From Trichodelitschia bisporula (taxonomy: Eukaryota), in the NCBI GenBank assembly GCA_010356995.1, contig ML996706.1, positions 563,789 to 627,788 on the forward strand: a stretch of 64,000 nt of DNA, given 5' to 3'. Within the stretch, counting starts at the first letter, position 1; every line of letters begins with the position of its first letter. Below, in pieces: positions 63,201 to 64,000 of this stretch. The translations under genes were made by a program, and so were the position numbers. Under the pieces are notes generated by a model. That model was not told the DNA's origin and did not search any database. It saw only the letters and a list, made by a program, of their open reading frames with translations.

Positions 63201-64000
63201 AGGTATCCGATCCCCTGCCCTTCAGGCTCTTGTTGTTTTCCCGCCCCCTGGCCCGCGAGCGCTCCCATCGCCGGCATCACACAATGGAGCTGTACGAGTG
63301 TTCGTTGCGGGGGAGTATGGCACGGAGCCATCGCTGCTGCGCTCGGCTGAGGCTTGCTTTCAGTCATTTGAACCTGGTCACTGGTGCTTACTGCCGTTTT
63401 CGAGCCCATGGAGTTCCCTCAGTCACAGCGACGCTGGCGGCGATACTCTCAATCCAGTCGAACCTCATACCGTCCGAACAAGCTTTTCGAAGTTGATGCT
63501 TTGTCAAGACTCCTGCCTACGATCCTACTATTACAGACTCATGTTGCTAACGGACCGTTGATATACAGCGGGAGACGGGATGCTGCCGCTTCGCAGCTCC
63601 GTTACCGTCTCTGCATTGGCCTCACATCGCACACACCGTGTAACGGCGTGTAGCACGCTTGCAAAGCGCAGTCACGTCTCTCCGCTCATCGGTTCCCAGC
63701 AATGTGAACGACCGGAGGCTGTTTCCCGCTGGCAGCGAGACGCATTCTCCTCTCCGACGTCTGCAAATCCACCGCAACCCGCCCATCCGCAGCCATGAAG
63801 CTAGCCCCCTCTCCGACAAGCTTCCCCCACGCTGTACGCCGACACAATGGCCTAGACTCCGCACCCCCCCCGCTGCACGCCGGCCCAACAGCCTAGACTC
63901 CGCAGCCGTGGTCCTCAGTCCCGGGTACTCCCCATCGGCGCACCCATCTCTGACCACATGGCCAGCATCAAGTTGCCCGCCGGCACATTCAGCGTACGTC

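Noticed and set aside
60350..64000. Short ORFs and a small CCTAGACTCCGCA repeat at the window end
   Set aside because: No coherent gene model; likely a long regulatory or intergenic region.

Overview
Fungal genomic DNA from a filamentous ascomycete, Pezizomycotina-like, with GT-AG introns of about 43-96 nt and CTAAC/CTGAC branch sites. Conserved genes are: Bqt4-like APSES protein, YDR061W/ModF-like soluble ABC ATPase, PlsB-type glycerol-3-phosphate acyltransferase, TYW2, SSP120, ELP4, a three-finger C2H2 factor, a Yvc1-like TRP channel, and intron-containing tRNA-Ile(AAT) and tRNA-Ser(GCT). Three accessory blocks lie between them. (1) 3.5-10.3 kb is a mosaic of decayed gene fragments, including four tandem copies of a RecQ-helicase N-terminus and an inositol monophosphatase fragment. 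(2) 19.4-26.6 kb is an array of at least 10 tiny paralogous genes and pseudogenes encoding Met-Cys-initiated C-x8-9-C-x-H...C...H...CxxC putative zinc-binding microproteins; several members are missed by the ORF track. It shows birth-and-death evolution: a repeated cassette structure, a solo-LTR insertion with a 5-bp TSD, a lost start codon and a premature stop. This is the most striking feature of the window. (3) 38.5-53 kb holds F-box-like genes, short duplications and a head-to-head pair of secreted proteins, one a NucA/NucB-like nuclease. A soluble, bacterial-type P450 lacking the I-helix acid-alcohol pair lies at 30.1-31.6 kb. All family assignments come from motif recognition by eye; no database searches were run.
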